A stretch of DNA of 64,000 nt from Botryllus schlosseri (taxonomy: Eukaryota): the NCBI GenBank assembly GCA_051294905.1, contig CM119372.1, positions 15,502,001 to 15,566,000 of the forward strand, given 5' to 3'. The notes beneath the pieces were generated by a model. That model was not told where the DNA came from, did not search any database, and worked only from the letters and a program-made list of their open reading frames with translations. This document shows, piece by piece, positions 63,660 to 64,000 of the stretch. Both the position numbers and the translations under genes were made by a program. Within the stretch, counting starts at the first letter, position 1. Each line of letters opens with the position of its first letter.

Positions 63660-64000
63660 TTAATGTATATATGACAATCACCGTTATCATATCGGAATCT
63701 GTTTTTTTTTGGTATTTATTGTGACATCTGAGCTCACGTAACACCAGGTCGATATTCTTTTTGATTATGCCTGTGCTGCCAAATTATAACACGATTCACT
63801 TTCCCTACAAAACTAGTCAAAGTCATGACCTTTCAAGAGTAACATTTCTCAATATGCTTCAAATATATTTAATGCAATCAAATAAGACAAATACATGTGC
63901 AAAAACACAAAAGGCAATTATATAAAAGCTGACGATCGCAATAATTGACGAAGAAAAGCCGCGTGAAGAATAAGATATAATTTAATCTGATTAGCCATTC

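Overview
Eukaryotic, animal-type genomic DNA (GT-AG introns, tRNA-derived SINEs, LINE fragments, many non-autonomous DNA transposons); the species cannot be determined from the sequence. The only host coding content I can reconstruct is a cluster of three diverged paralogous genes (+ at ~11.7-15.3 kb, - at ~22.8-26.7 kb, + at ~45.6-47.2 kb). The ORF track shows them only as fragments. They share intron positions and phases (2,0,2) and encode GNAT-fold acetyltransferase-like proteins of ~297-355 aa. Shared unusual features are His where GNAT motif B usually has Tyr (FHxxNGF), a long variable basic insert carrying RRxS/RKxS motifs, and apparently an 8-14 nt first coding exon. The rest is a dense patchwork of mobile elements: a nested hAT stack at 0.75-3.0 kb, a ~324-bp tandem array, near-palindromic P-like and Kolobok-like MITEs, many hAT MITEs with 8-bp TSDs, two SINE families, a 5'-truncated L1/Tx1-like LINE and an I/Nimb-like LINE 3' end whose terminal stem-loop matches one SINE tail. 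All family assignments come from motif recognition by eye, not database searches.
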